NCBI GenBank assembly: GCA_038321985.1
Contig: JBBQFN010000001.1
Span: 256,001 to 320,000 of the forward strand
Length of the DNA: 64,000 nt
Origin: Cyanophyceae cyanobacterium
GTDB lineage: Bacteria; Cyanobacteriota; Cyanobacteriia; Cyanobacteriales; Laspinemataceae
Direction of reading: 5' to 3'
The translations under genes were made by a program, and so were the position numbers. The notes under the pieces are model-generated. The model saw only the letters and a program-made list of their open reading frames with translations, was not told the DNA's origin and ran no database searches. The number at the start of each line of letters is the position of its first letter. The first letter of the stretch is position 1. Positions 50,169-59,747 of the stretch are shown one piece after another.

Positions 50169-53033
50169 TTACCAATTGGTAGCTAACTTCCCCTCCTGAG
50201 TGAGCAATTGAGAAGCCATTTCGCTATTAACGGGGGGTGAGAACAGATACCCTTGAGCCATCGCACATCCAAGTTGTTGGAGTTTCTCTAACTGGGCGGA
50301 TGTTTCCACTCCCTCGGCAATGACTTCCATGCCTAAATCATGAGCTAAACTGACAATAGTCATCACAATTTCAGAATTTTCTCCCTCTACCCCGATCCGA
50401 TTCACAAAAGAGCGATCAATTTTTAACGTATCCAGGGGAAATCGATGTAAGTAGCTTAATGAAGAATACCCGGTGCCAAAATCATCCATGCACAGGTTTA
50501 TTTTTCTTTCTTTAAGCTGCAACAGCATTTCCGTGGCTAACTCGGGATTATCTACGATCGCGCTTTCGGTAATTTCCAGCTTTAACATACTGCCATCCAG
50601 ACCCGTTTCAGCCAAAATCCGGTCCACTTGTGCGATCAGATCCACTCGGGAAAATTGCCGTCCTGATAAGTTAACGGCAACGGTTAAGGGTAAGGCGTGG
50701 GGAAATCGCTCTTGCCAAATTCGCAACTGTTGGCAAGCCTCACGGAGTACCCACTGACCCAGGGGTACAATTAGGCCAGTTTCCTCGGCGATCGAGATAA
50801 ACTCACTGGGAGGAACAAACCCCAGTTCGGGATGTTCCCACCGCAATAGCGCCTCAAACCCTTCAATTCGGCCCGTTTTTAGGCAAACAATCGGCTGATA
50901 GTGCAAGGTAAAGGCGGAGGGTTTTTTGACCGGGTGAAAGGGCATAGATGACGTTGAAATCGCCATTTCTGCTCCGTTTTCGTTACTTTCTGAATCGGTA
51001 GAGGAAGGGAGGAAAAACCGGGGTTGGGGCAGTCGCTTTTCTCCTTCGGAAATGGCGCGGCGCAGGTCATTTTCTAACTTGAGGAGGCGGACTACGCGAT
51101 CATGCATCGCGGTATCGAAAACCTCGTGGCGAGAGCGTCCCAAGGCTTTGGCACGATACATGACGATATCCGCATCTCGTAAAAGGTCCTCGGGGCGCTC
51201 GTACCCCCGGGAACTGAGGGCAATCCCGATACTAACGCTTGAAAACACTTCTTGTCCTTCGATCGCAAAGGGACGGGTTAAGCAAGCGTGAATCCGTTCT
51301 GCTACGCGTTTTGCGGTGCGTAAGGCACGGATATCTTTAAGGATAATGGCAAATTCATCCCCTCCTAGGCGGGCGATCGCGTGTTCGTTACGCCGGAAAC
51401 TATGGGGACGCACGGCCAGGGTCTTGCGAAGTCGTTCGGCTATCTCAATTAATAGGCGATCGCCAACCCCATGTCCCAAACTATCATTAATCACTTTAAA
51501 GCGATCGAGATCCAAAAATAGAACTGCAAATAAATAGTTAGGATTTTGTTTACCTCGCTCCCATTCCTGACGGAGTTCTTGCATAAATAACGTCCGGTTG
51601 GGGAGTTCAGTTAAAGCATCATGGAAGGCATTATGCCGCAATTTTTCCTCAATTTCTGCTTTTTCGGAAATTTCCGCTCGCAGTCGATCATTGGCTGCTT
51701 TTAATTTAGCTGTGCGTTCCTCAACGATCGCCTCTAACTGAGTATTTAAAGTAGCCAGTTTAGTCTCAGCTTGATGGCGGGCGATCGCCCCGCCAATACT
51801 TCCGGCTGATGCCTTCAAAATCGATTCTTCGGTTTCGGACCATTGCCGTTGATGATGGCAATCGTTAAATCCGATGAACCCCCAACACCGCCCTTCGATG
51901 GCGATCGGCATGACTAAAATGGATTGAATTCCTTGCGCCTCCAGAATTTCCCGTTCGCTGTCCCTGAATTCAGCCACAATTCCCCCGATCGCGTTTCCTG
52001 CGCTGAGGGTCTCGTACCACCCCGGCAAATTATCTTCATAAGAAAGGATTTGGAATGCAGGGTTTTCCTTCGAGGAAGCCACTCCTTTTTTTACCCATTC
52101 CCAGCACATCCTCATCAGATGTTCTTCCGTCAGACTTTGGTAATTTTCCACCAGGTAGGCGCGATCCACCCCTGCGGCACTTCCTAATGCAGCCAATGCT
52201 TTGGTGATCGCTTCGGATAAATTCGGGGCTGTTAACAGCGCATGGGTTGCTAAGGCTACCCCTTCTAAGAGGCGATCGCGCTGTTCGAGTTGGACTGCTG
52301 CTTCCTTCAGTTCCGTGATATCTTTTTCATTAACCAGAACCGCTTGATCCCCAGTCACCGGATCCTTGGCATTGCGGATCTCCACCGCGTGCCATCGCAC
52401 CCCCTGCAACGTGTGCACCTGGGTTTCGTGGTAAAAAACATTCCCCGCATCAATGCAGGCTCGCGCTCGTTCGGCGTCTGTGCTATTTACAAATCGCTTC
52501 CTCCAGGCGTTTTTGCACAGATTTTCTCCCTTTTTGTCCTCCCCATAACACCGGGTTGCTACAGGGTTCTGCATCACCATTGTGCCGTCTGCTTTGTACA
52601 AGGAAATCATCACCGTTGCCTGGCGCAGCACTTCATTGGATCGCCACATTTCCCAGTCATGGCGTTTCATCACCTCCGTCATGCCCTCTACCAAGACCCC
52701 CATTCGTCCGGATTCAATCCGAATTCCCGAACAGGCACAGCGAATGGATATGGGTTCACCATCCGCTTTAAAGGTCCATTGTTTCACGACCGTTGTACCC
52801 TGCTGCAATTGTTCTAGATCAATTTGGATCCCGCTGGAGTTGTCATCGAAGGGGTTGCTCCAATTTTCGCCGGGCAGTTGCCCTATGCTCTTTACCTGCC
52901 ACAGATCTAGGGCCGTAGCGTTTGCCCACCATATCTGCTTTTGGTCAAAATCCCAAATCCAAATGGGGGAAACCAACAGATCCAACGACGCTAGTTCTTG
53001 GCGATTGAGTATTGAATCGCTGAGTTGTGCCAT
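50169..53033 (-). CDS. PAS-GAF-GGDEF-EAL c-di-GMP signalling protein
   Basis: HDALTELPNR, LDLDRFK, RLGGDEF, YQPIV..EALLRW, DDFGTGYSSL, EGVET. Confidence 0.93.
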   Translation of the reverse strand: MAQLSDSILNRQELASLDLLVSPIWIWDFDQKQIWWANATALDLWQVKSIGQLPGENWSNPFDDNSSGIQIDLEQLQQGTTVVKQWTFKADGEPISIRCACSGIRIESGRMGVLVEGMTEVMKRHDWEMWRSNEVLRQATVMISLYKADGTMVMQNPVATRCYGEDKKGENLCKNAWRKRFVNSTDAERARACIDAGNVFYHETQVHTLQGVRWHAVEIRNAKDPVTGDQAVLVNEKDITELKEAAVQLEQRDRLLEGVALATHALLTAPNLSEAITKALAALGSAAGVDRAYLVENYQSLTEEHLMRMCWEWVKKGVASSKENPAFQILSYEDNLPGWYETLSAGNAIGGIVAEFRDSEREILEAQGIQSILVMPIAIEGRCWGFIGFNDCHHQRQWSETEESILKASAGSIGGAIARHQAETKLATLNTQLEAIVEERTAKLKAANDRLRAEISEKAEIEEKLRHNAFHDALTELPNRTLFMQELRQEWERGKQNPNYLFAVLFLDLDRFKVINDSLGHGVGDRLLIEIAERLRKTLAVRPHSFRRNEHAIARLGGDEFAIILKDIRALRTAKRVAERIHACLTRPFAIEGQEVFSSVSIGIALSSRGYERPEDLLRDADIVMYRAKALGRSRHEVFDTAMHDRVVRLLKLENDLRRAISEGEKRLPQPRFFLPSSTDSESNENGAEMAISTSSMPFHPVKKPSAFTLHYQPIVCLKTGRIEGFEALLRWEHPELGFVPPSEFISIAEETGLIVPLGQWVLREACQQLRIWQERFPHALPLTVAVNLSGRQFSRVDLIAQVDRILAETGLDGSMLKLEITESAIVDNPELATEMLLQLKERKINLCMDDFGTGYSSLSYLHRFPLDTLKIDRSFVNRIGVEGENSEIVMTIVSLAHDLGMEVIAEGVETSAQLEKLQQLGCAMAQGYLFSPPVNSEMASQLLTQEGKLATNW

Positions 53034-53432
53034 GAATCGGTGTTTTATTTAATAAATTTTTTAAGGAGAATATCGGGCGATCGCTTTTTTTTAAGGATGG
53101 GTTTCCAGGAGGGTAAGGGTCACAAACAGGGGGTTTTCCTGGTCCTATTCTGGGTTTTTCCGGTTATTGCTTCTCTTTTTCAGGGTAATGATATATTTTT
53201 TCCTCAACCCAGTTTTATTAATCTAATTGTATCCCCAATCTCTGTCCTTGTCTGCCTGGGTTTTAGATTTTTTGATAAATCAAGTTGCTCCCCTGGTATT
53301 TTTTAGGTAAAGAGGAGGGAGCCTTCCCCTTGGAGGAATAGGGGCTTAGACCTGAGAAAAAGCCCCGATAAAGGACTAACTTAGACGATAGGGTGGCTCT
53401 ATCTTAGCTCTAAGAAGGCTGTTATTAAGGGG

Positions 53433-54920
53433 TTAAGAAGGGCCGCCAATGAAAATGTCCCGCACCCGAACCGGGACGCAGGCATGAGTCATTTGGGCTA
53501 TTTGCATGGGTTCTCCTTTTCCACAGAGATTAGTGCCACACTGGATCTGCTCGGACTTGGGTCCGATCGCATCGACACTCTTCCAAAAATCCGTAGTCAT
53601 AGCTTGATAGGTGACATCTTTTAACATTCCAACTACCTTGCCATTTTTAACTTTCCAAAAGGCATCCCCGCCAAATTGAAAATTCCGTCGTTGTTGATCG
53701 ATGGAATAGCTGCCAATACCATCAATTAAAATTCCGTCTTCTGTATCGGCGATCGCTTCGGCTAGGGTCGCAGTATGGCTGCCTCCTTCCGGTCCCGGTT
53801 CCAAACCTAGATTGGGAATCCGCACCATTGGCACATTATACCAACTATCCGCATAAGCACATCCATTACTACTCCCCCGTCCCAGTCGTGCTGCCGTCTC
53901 GCGATCGGTGAGATAATCGACTAAAATTCCATCCTTGACAACGTACCATTCTTGTGATGCCACACCTTCATCGTCATACCCCATTGTTCCTCTTCCCCCC
54001 GGTTGAGTGCGATCGGCCTTAAAATTAACCCAAGGGGCGGCGTACTGTAGGCTTCCCAATCCATCGGTGGTAGCAAAACTGGTCCCGGCAAAATTCGCTT
54101 CGTAACCATACACGCGATCGAGTTCCGTAGGATGTCCAACGGATTCATGAATCGTTAAAAACAGATTCGTAGGCTTGAGAATTAAAGTCGTCTGAATTCC
54201 CGAGGGTCCTTTGGGTGCCTGAACTTTTTCGATCGCCTCCGTTGCCACGCGATCCACTTCCCCCAGCAAATCCTCCCGCTCAATATGTTCATACCCACGA
54301 TTTAAAGGAGGCCGTTCGTAGCTACGGCTTTGGGCATCTCCATTGGCAACAGCAGTGCAATTATATCCTGGATAACTGCGGTAAATGGTTTGTTCAATCA
54401 GTGACCCTTCCGTTGAGGCAAAGGTTTTCTGTTCCTGGGTAAAGCGCAGGAAAGACGAGGCTTTTTTAATGCCGCGATCGCCATACCCTAACAACCGCTC
54501 ATTAATTTCTAACAACAAATCCGCTTGATCCCCAATTGGAATGGCAAATGGATCAATTTCAATCGGGGTCACATACCTATCTTGATAGGCTTCTACGGGC
54601 ACTAAAGTCACGGGAGTTTGTTGAGTGAGGTGACTGCCTTTGGCAATCTCGATCGCCAGGGTGACAATTCGTCTAACTTCTTCCGAGGTCCTGCGATGAC
54701 TGGCAGCAAATCCCCAAGAGCCCCGATGTAAAACCCGCACGCCAAATCCGGAACTCACGCGATCGCTCAAGTTACTTAAAGAGCGATCTCGTGCCGTTAA
54801 ACTGCGATCGCGATAGCGACAGAGGCGGATTTCTCCATACTCACACCCGGCATGGCGAATCAAGGCGATCGCTTCGGTTGCTAAATCTTGATGGGTTATC
54901 TGAGTTGGCGCTTCTAGCAT
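53433..54920 (-). CDS. TldD-family metalloprotease (catalytic subunit)
   Basis: HESVGHPTELD, DDEG, C-terminal CGKGEP. Confidence 0.92.
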   Translation of the reverse strand: MLEAPTQITHQDLATEAIALIRHAGCEYGEIRLCRYRDRSLTARDRSLSNLSDRVSSGFGVRVLHRGSWGFAASHRRTSEEVRRIVTLAIEIAKGSHLTQQTPVTLVPVEAYQDRYVTPIEIDPFAIPIGDQADLLLEINERLLGYGDRGIKKASSFLRFTQEQKTFASTEGSLIEQTIYRSYPGYNCTAVANGDAQSRSYERPPLNRGYEHIEREDLLGEVDRVATEAIEKVQAPKGPSGIQTTLILKPTNLFLTIHESVGHPTELDRVYGYEANFAGTSFATTDGLGSLQYAAPWVNFKADRTQPGGRGTMGYDDEGVASQEWYVVKDGILVDYLTDRETAARLGRGSSNGCAYADSWYNVPMVRIPNLGLEPGPEGGSHTATLAEAIADTEDGILIDGIGSYSIDQQRRNFQFGGDAFWKVKNGKVVGMLKDVTYQAMTTDFWKSVDAIGPKSEQIQCGTNLCGKGEPMQIAQMTHACVPVRVRDIFIGGPS

Positions 54921-55142
54921 AACGGGTTTACCAGTGAGTTATTCTCTTTAATTCTATCTTGCCTCTATCCTGTCTAGATTGAAACAGTTCATTATTAGGC
55001 AAGAAAGTCTACAAAAACCGGCATCCATAAAGGATACAGCTACACAGACTCAACTGTATTTGTAGGTTTTCTTAAGAAGAAAAAATAGGTCTTTGCAAGC
55101 CCGATGGGGTATCAACTCCCGTAATTTAGCTATTCCCACCCT

Positions 55143-56204
55143 TTATCCGGGTTCGTTGATCCTAGGATCAGTTTGGAGACTGCCGCGACTGTCTAATAAA
55201 GTGGCGATCGCATTGGCAATTCGTTGTGCAGAACCGACAAAGAAGGTGCGATCAATGGTTTGAAAAGTATCGCTGGGTTGGTGGTAGTGAGGCGATCGCA
55301 GATTACCCGTATCGGTTACCAAAACTGCACCAATCCCTTGATACCAAAAGGGGGCATGATCACTGCGCAGGGTATCAGGAATCAATAATCCCTTGAAGGG
55401 AACCGCCAAAGTATAAATCAGCGGTAAATTAGCGGATGTTCCCATCTGGAACGATTCAATTAGGGGTAAATGTTCTGTATCCCCGACGAGGGCGATAAAA
55501 TCACCGCGATCGCTAGGAGGTTCTATGGGGAGTTGGGGGGGATAACCCTGACATCCGGGTTGATAACAAGCATATCCCACCATATCCACCACAATTGCAC
55601 CGCGCAAGTCCGCTATCCAGTCCGGATTGGTGGCGAAGGCAAAACTCCCATGTAATCCGATTTCCTCTAAATCAAAAAAAACCAACCGCAGCGATCGCTC
55701 AGTTTGCCGTTCCTGGAACAGTCGCGCCACTTCCAATAACACCGCAACACCACTGCCATTATCACTTGCACCGGCAGAACCCGGAACCGTATCATAATGT
55801 GCGCCTAGTAAGATAGTTCCCGCTTCGGGATTCTTGCCTAGTTTGTCTGCAATAATATTAATTCCCCCGTCAAAGGGATGGGATTGCGTTGTCCATCCTG
55901 CTGCTATCAGGCGACTGCGGATATACTCTCGCGATCGCTCTCGGCTGTCTGGGGTAGAACGATCAAAGGCTAATTCTTCTAAATCTGCCATCAGGCGATC
56001 GGGGACGACTGCCGGAGCACGCACGAACTCCATTTTCAGGGGGTCGGGTTTGGGAATACCGGGGACTGGATCGGCTGGCTGCTGTGAGATGGGAGCATCA
56101 GGGCGATCGGATGATACCGGCGAGCGATCGCGCTCAAAACTAACCGCAATTACAACGGCGATCGCCATCAGCAGGCACAGCAGAATCCAGATTTTTTGTC
56201 TCAT
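55143..56204 (-). CDS. M28 family peptidase with N-terminal anchor
   Basis: GAHYD, GASDNGSG, EEIG, DMVG, SDH, YHQPSD. Confidence 0.9.
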   Translation of the reverse strand: MRQKIWILLCLLMAIAVVIAVSFERDRSPVSSDRPDAPISQQPADPVPGIPKPDPLKMEFVRAPAVVPDRLMADLEELAFDRSTPDSRERSREYIRSRLIAAGWTTQSHPFDGGINIIADKLGKNPEAGTILLGAHYDTVPGSAGASDNGSGVAVLLEVARLFQERQTERSLRLVFFDLEEIGLHGSFAFATNPDWIADLRGAIVVDMVGYACYQPGCQGYPPQLPIEPPSDRGDFIALVGDTEHLPLIESFQMGTSANLPLIYTLAVPFKGLLIPDTLRSDHAPFWYQGIGAVLVTDTGNLRSPHYHQPSDTFQTIDRTFFVGSAQRIANAIATLLDSRGSLQTDPRINEPG

Positions 56205-56270
56205 GGTTTCGTATTCATCAAATCAACTTCGTCAGGCATCCGCAAGGGTTAATGAAAGCAAAAAGTCTAA

Positions 56271-56300
56271 TGTAGAGACGCGAAATTTCGCATCTCTACA
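56271..56300. repeat. REP-like palindrome TGTAGAGACGCGAAATTTCGCATCTCTACA
   Basis: Near-perfect 30-bp palindrome of the same family as 7775 and 8928. Confidence 0.7.
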
Positions 56301-56320
56301 TATAAACGAGAGCGTCAACT

Positions 56321-57289
56321 CTACAAAGTTTTAACGTAAGAAAGCCAACTTTGTACCGGACGGAACCCCATCGCATCATACAATCGAGTTGCACCCGTAG
56401 CACTATCTGCATCAACACCTAGCTTGATGCTGGTAGCTCCTGCGGCGTGGAGTCGGTGCATGGTGGCAAGGAGCATAGAACGACCTAATCCCATCCTCCG
56501 AAAGCCGCGCCGGGTTCCTAACCAGCTAATCCAGCCGGTTTTGGTGGATTGGGGTAAGCAGGTTTGGAGAGAACTTTGGCAAAGGGCAGCAAAAGTACCA
56601 TTGGGGGCGATCGCCACTAAATCAAATTCCCGTTGATAGTTCGGATCCTGTTGCCAATCTTGAAAACTACTTAGGGTTAAATCGTGGTGATCCCAATGGT
56701 CGATAAAAGATTCGTTATATAAGTCTACCCAGGCTTGGGCCTCCCGTTCCGGATCTACCGATCGCCGGGTAAATCCCGTAGGAAATTCTGGGATAGGTAA
56801 GGTTTCCAAATCGGATTTGACTAGGGTCAAAAAGGTCCGTTCTAAGCTAAAATTATGCCGTTCTAGGGTAGCAATTCTAATTAAGGCTTCGGCACGAGTT
56901 TTGGTGTGTAAGTGGATACTCAGTCCGCTATTACTCCCTATATCTCGTAGGCGATTTTCTGCCCAATCTAAAATTTCAGTTTCTAAAGGAATAAAGCCCT
57001 CGTTAAAGCTATTTCCCAAGGAATCTTTGGGGTCAACGTAAAACCACAAATACCCATCTAATCCTTGGTCCGGTTCCGGTATCCAAAGTTGTCCAAACCC
57101 TCGTAGGTGACCGTTCTGGTCTTTCCATAAACGCCGAGACCTGACCGATGAGGTCGTGACGATCCATTTAAGGTCTGCAATTGATTTATCTTCATCTAGT
57201 AAACCATCGATTTCACAGGTTTTAACTAGCTCAGCAATCTGTTGTAAGTCTGTTTCGCCCGCTACGGGGCATCTACTGATGATACTCAT
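56321..57289 (-). CDS. Tandem-GNAT acetyltransferase (MshD-like architecture)
   Basis: C-terminal GNAT motif A LGTRRGFRRMGLGR, LGVDADS..GATRLY..MGF. Start taken as MSIISR. Confidence 0.85.
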   Translation of the reverse strand: MSIISRCPVAGETDLQQIAELVKTCEIDGLLDEDKSIADLKWIVTTSSVRSRRLWKDQNGHLRGFGQLWIPEPDQGLDGYLWFYVDPKDSLGNSFNEGFIPLETEILDWAENRLRDIGSNSGLSIHLHTKTRAEALIRIATLERHNFSLERTFLTLVKSDLETLPIPEFPTGFTRRSVDPEREAQAWVDLYNESFIDHWDHHDLTLSSFQDWQQDPNYQREFDLVAIAPNGTFAALCQSSLQTCLPQSTKTGWISWLGTRRGFRRMGLGRSMLLATMHRLHAAGATSIKLGVDADSATGATRLYDAMGFRPVQSWLSYVKTL

Positions 57290-57374
57290 AAAAAAAATGA
57301 ATGGATTGGAAAGAAAGGACAGGACAAACGCAGTCACGTTGGTCTATAAGTTGGAATAAAACAGCAGATCAATT

Positions 57375-57559
57375 GCCGGAGGTTTCACATCCTGCTCGCT
57401 ACCCAAAATACCAAAAAAATAGCGAGGAAGATGCAAACCGAGTGGTCCGGCTTACCTGCACTCCTTGGACTCCCTACGGTCCCTAAAAACTGACCTGCTG
57501 AGCGCGATCGCCCAGCCGGACATCTTCAGCCTATCCCGCCAATTTTTTTGTATAACCAT
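57375..57559 (-). promoter_or_regulatory. Putative attenuator-like structured leader with uORF upstream of the GNAT gene
   Basis: Segment B (57420-57452) is complementary both to A (57514-57527) and to C (57375-57401); 35-codon uORF at 57452-57559. Confidence 0.4.
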
Positions 57560-58154
57560 TAAAACTGAACGGCAACGGCTCGGCCCCAAAGCTCTATTAC
57601 GAACCCCCGACTCCCCAGGGCAGTCGGATCAGGGGTTCATTTTGTTAAGGTATTTATGGATACTCAACCGCTAAGTATGAGGCAGTCTCATACAAATTTA
57701 ATCCTCTATATTACTGGGTTTGATTGCGGCAGCAAACTTGATCCAAGTCGAACTATTCTGTTCGCTTGCAGCCGTAGAGTGATCAAGTTTTCTGTTCTGG
57801 ACTATCGATTCGTTATCGTTGCCGATGGATTATATCCAATTAAAGTTATCCACCCCCAGTTTAGGTTTGGTGAGTCTCTTAAGATTATACACCATAAACC
57901 CCACAGTCTCCGCAAAAGTTTTTTAATCACGGGGAAAGAAACAAGCTGAAACTGGCTTTGGAGATAGATTTAAGAGCATTTGAGGAGGGGGAGCATTTCC
58001 CCAGGGAAGCCCATAAAATCCTTAGTTCTTAATTCTTAATTCTTAATTTTATATCAGTCATTTTCCCGGCGAGGGAAAGGGCCGCATTTATCTATCCCCC
58101 TCCCCAGCATAGAGATTCCCAGCTAAATAAGATAAGATAACGAAGCTACAGAAA

Positions 58155-58325
58155 GGGCGAGGGGAAACTCCGGTGAAAGTCCGAGGCTGTGCGGCAACTG
58201 TCAGCGATATGGGTCTGGGTCCCCAGGGTATTATTAGCTCTAGGACACAGAAAAAATCGCAAGCCAGAACACCCTCGCCCGTTATTTGCTCACTCGATTT
58301 CCTGCCTCGCACGGGACAAGGAGCC
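58155..58325 (+). ncRNA. Cobalamin riboswitch
   Basis: GGGGAAA..CCGGTGAAAGTCCG..GCTGTGCGGCAACTGT...AAGCCAGAACACC core; closing helix GGGCGAGGG/CCCTCGCCC; L5 GTGCGG complementary to TCGCAC next to the AAGGAG RBS; lies upstream of cbiX. Confidence 0.85.
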
Positions 58326-58334
58326 TGAATTTTA

Positions 58335-59363
58335 ATGCCAAACGTCAAAACATCCGACCTCATAGAAATTACATCCCAGACTGCCCAGTTGCAGTCCCGG
58401 GGATTACCCCCTTTACCGATACAGCGTCCTCTATTGCTGGTCGGTCATGGGACCCGAGACGAACGGGGACGACAAACTTTCTTGGATTTTGCGGCAGCCT
58501 ATACAGCCTTAGACCCCTCGCGTTTGGTCGTGCCTTGTTTCCTAGAACTGACTGAGCCTAGCATTCAGGAGGGGGTAGATCGGTGTGTGGACCTGGGATA
58601 TTCGGAATTTTCTGTGTTGCCGGTTCTGCTATTTGCAGCCCGCCACAATAAATTTGATATTACCAATGAATTAGACCGAGCCCGGGAACGCCATCCCCAT
58701 CTCAAATTTTATTACGGGCGACATTTTGGGATTGCTCCGGGAATTGTGGAATTGTGGCGATCGCGACTGGCTCAACTCGACGAACCCGAGCATAATCCCC
58801 ATCAAATTGAGCGATCGGATACGGTTTTGCTATTTGTGGGACGCGGTTCTAGCGACCCCGATGCCAACAGCGATGTCTATAAAATCGCCCGAATTCTTTG
58901 GGAGGGAAGCGGTTATAAAACCGTAGAAGTCTGTTTTATTGGCATTACCCATCCCCGATTAGAAGAAGGATTCGATCGCGCTCGACTGTTCCAACCCAAG
59001 CGGATTATTGTCATTCCTTATTTCCTGTTTACAGGCGTTTTAGTTCAGAAAATTTTCGATATCACTGCTGCACAGCAAGAACAATGGCCGGAACTATCCA
59101 TTACCGCACTGCCGGAAATGGGCATTCACCCGGAATTGCTTACCCTTCTGCGCGATCGCGAGATTGAAACCCATTTGGGGCAGGTGCAAATGAACTGTGA
59201 AATGTGCAAGTTTCGGTTAATGGCAAAGTCTCAGGGTCACGGTCATGATCACGGCCATGATCACGGTCATAATCACGGTCATGATCACGGTCATGATCAC
59301 GGTACTCCAGACCCCTATGCCGATGTTGATGCCTACCATCAACGGATTTGGCAAACTCCCTAA
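58335..59363 (+). CDS. cbiX: Sirohydrochlorin cobaltochelatase, long form with His-rich tail
   Basis: [46 protein letters not shown], His-rich C-terminus. Confidence 0.93.
   Translation: MPNVKTSDLIEITSQTAQLQSRGLPPLPIQRPLLLVGHGTRDERGRQTFLDFAAAYTALDPSRLVVPCFLELTEPSIQEGVDRCVDLGYSEFSVLPVLLFAARHNKFDITNELDRARERHPHLKFYYGRHFGIAPGIVELWRSRLAQLDEPEHNPHQIERSDTVLLFVGRGSSDPDANSDVYKIARILWEGSGYKTVEVCFIGITHPRLEEGFDRARLFQPKRIIVIPYFLFTGVLVQKIFDITAAQQEQWPELSITALPEMGIHPELLTLLRDREIETHLGQVQMNCEMCKFRLMAKSQGHGHDHGHDHGHNHGHDHGHDHGTPDPYADVDAYHQRIWQTP
59238..59303 (+). repeat. 12-bp coding tandem repeat (CACGGTCATGAT)x5.5 encoding HGHD
   Basis: Read directly; two single-base variants among the units. Confidence 0.9.
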
Positions 59364-59403
59364 ACACCTCCAGTCCCCTCCCCTATGTCTTGGGTAGGCC
59401 ACT

Positions 59404-59457
59404 TAAATTTAAAGCCCCAGAATTTCGCGTCTGTGCCATTCTGGGGCTTTAAATTTA
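59404..59457. terminator. 20-bp perfect inverted repeat downstream of cbiX
   Basis: TAAATTTAAAGCCCCAGAAT / ATTCTGGGGCTTTAAATTTA between convergent genes. Confidence 0.65.
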
Positions 59458-59747
59458 GGTCAATTATTGATAACTTCATTTATCTCCACTAATCCTAAAG
59501 ATAGATGTTTTTATCTTAAAAGCCCTTTCCTTTTATAGCCGTTCCCACCGTTATAGAGGTTTCCGGACTCATGAGGTACTCATACCAAATCCGGGTATCA
59601 AAAGTCGTTTAATTTCATCTGATGTTTCCCTCCCCTTTACAAGGGGAGGGTTAGGGTGGGGTCCACTAAGTTAGTCTCCTAAAGAAGATTTAGAATACAG
59701 GGTAAGGACACTACTGTGTAGTGCTTTTTAATCCTAGGGTAAATACT

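Noticed and set aside
57656..57949. 97-aa plus-strand ORF in the GNAT/cbiX intergenic region
   Set aside because: No motif or RBS, and it overlaps hairpin-rich sequence; coding status is unsupported.
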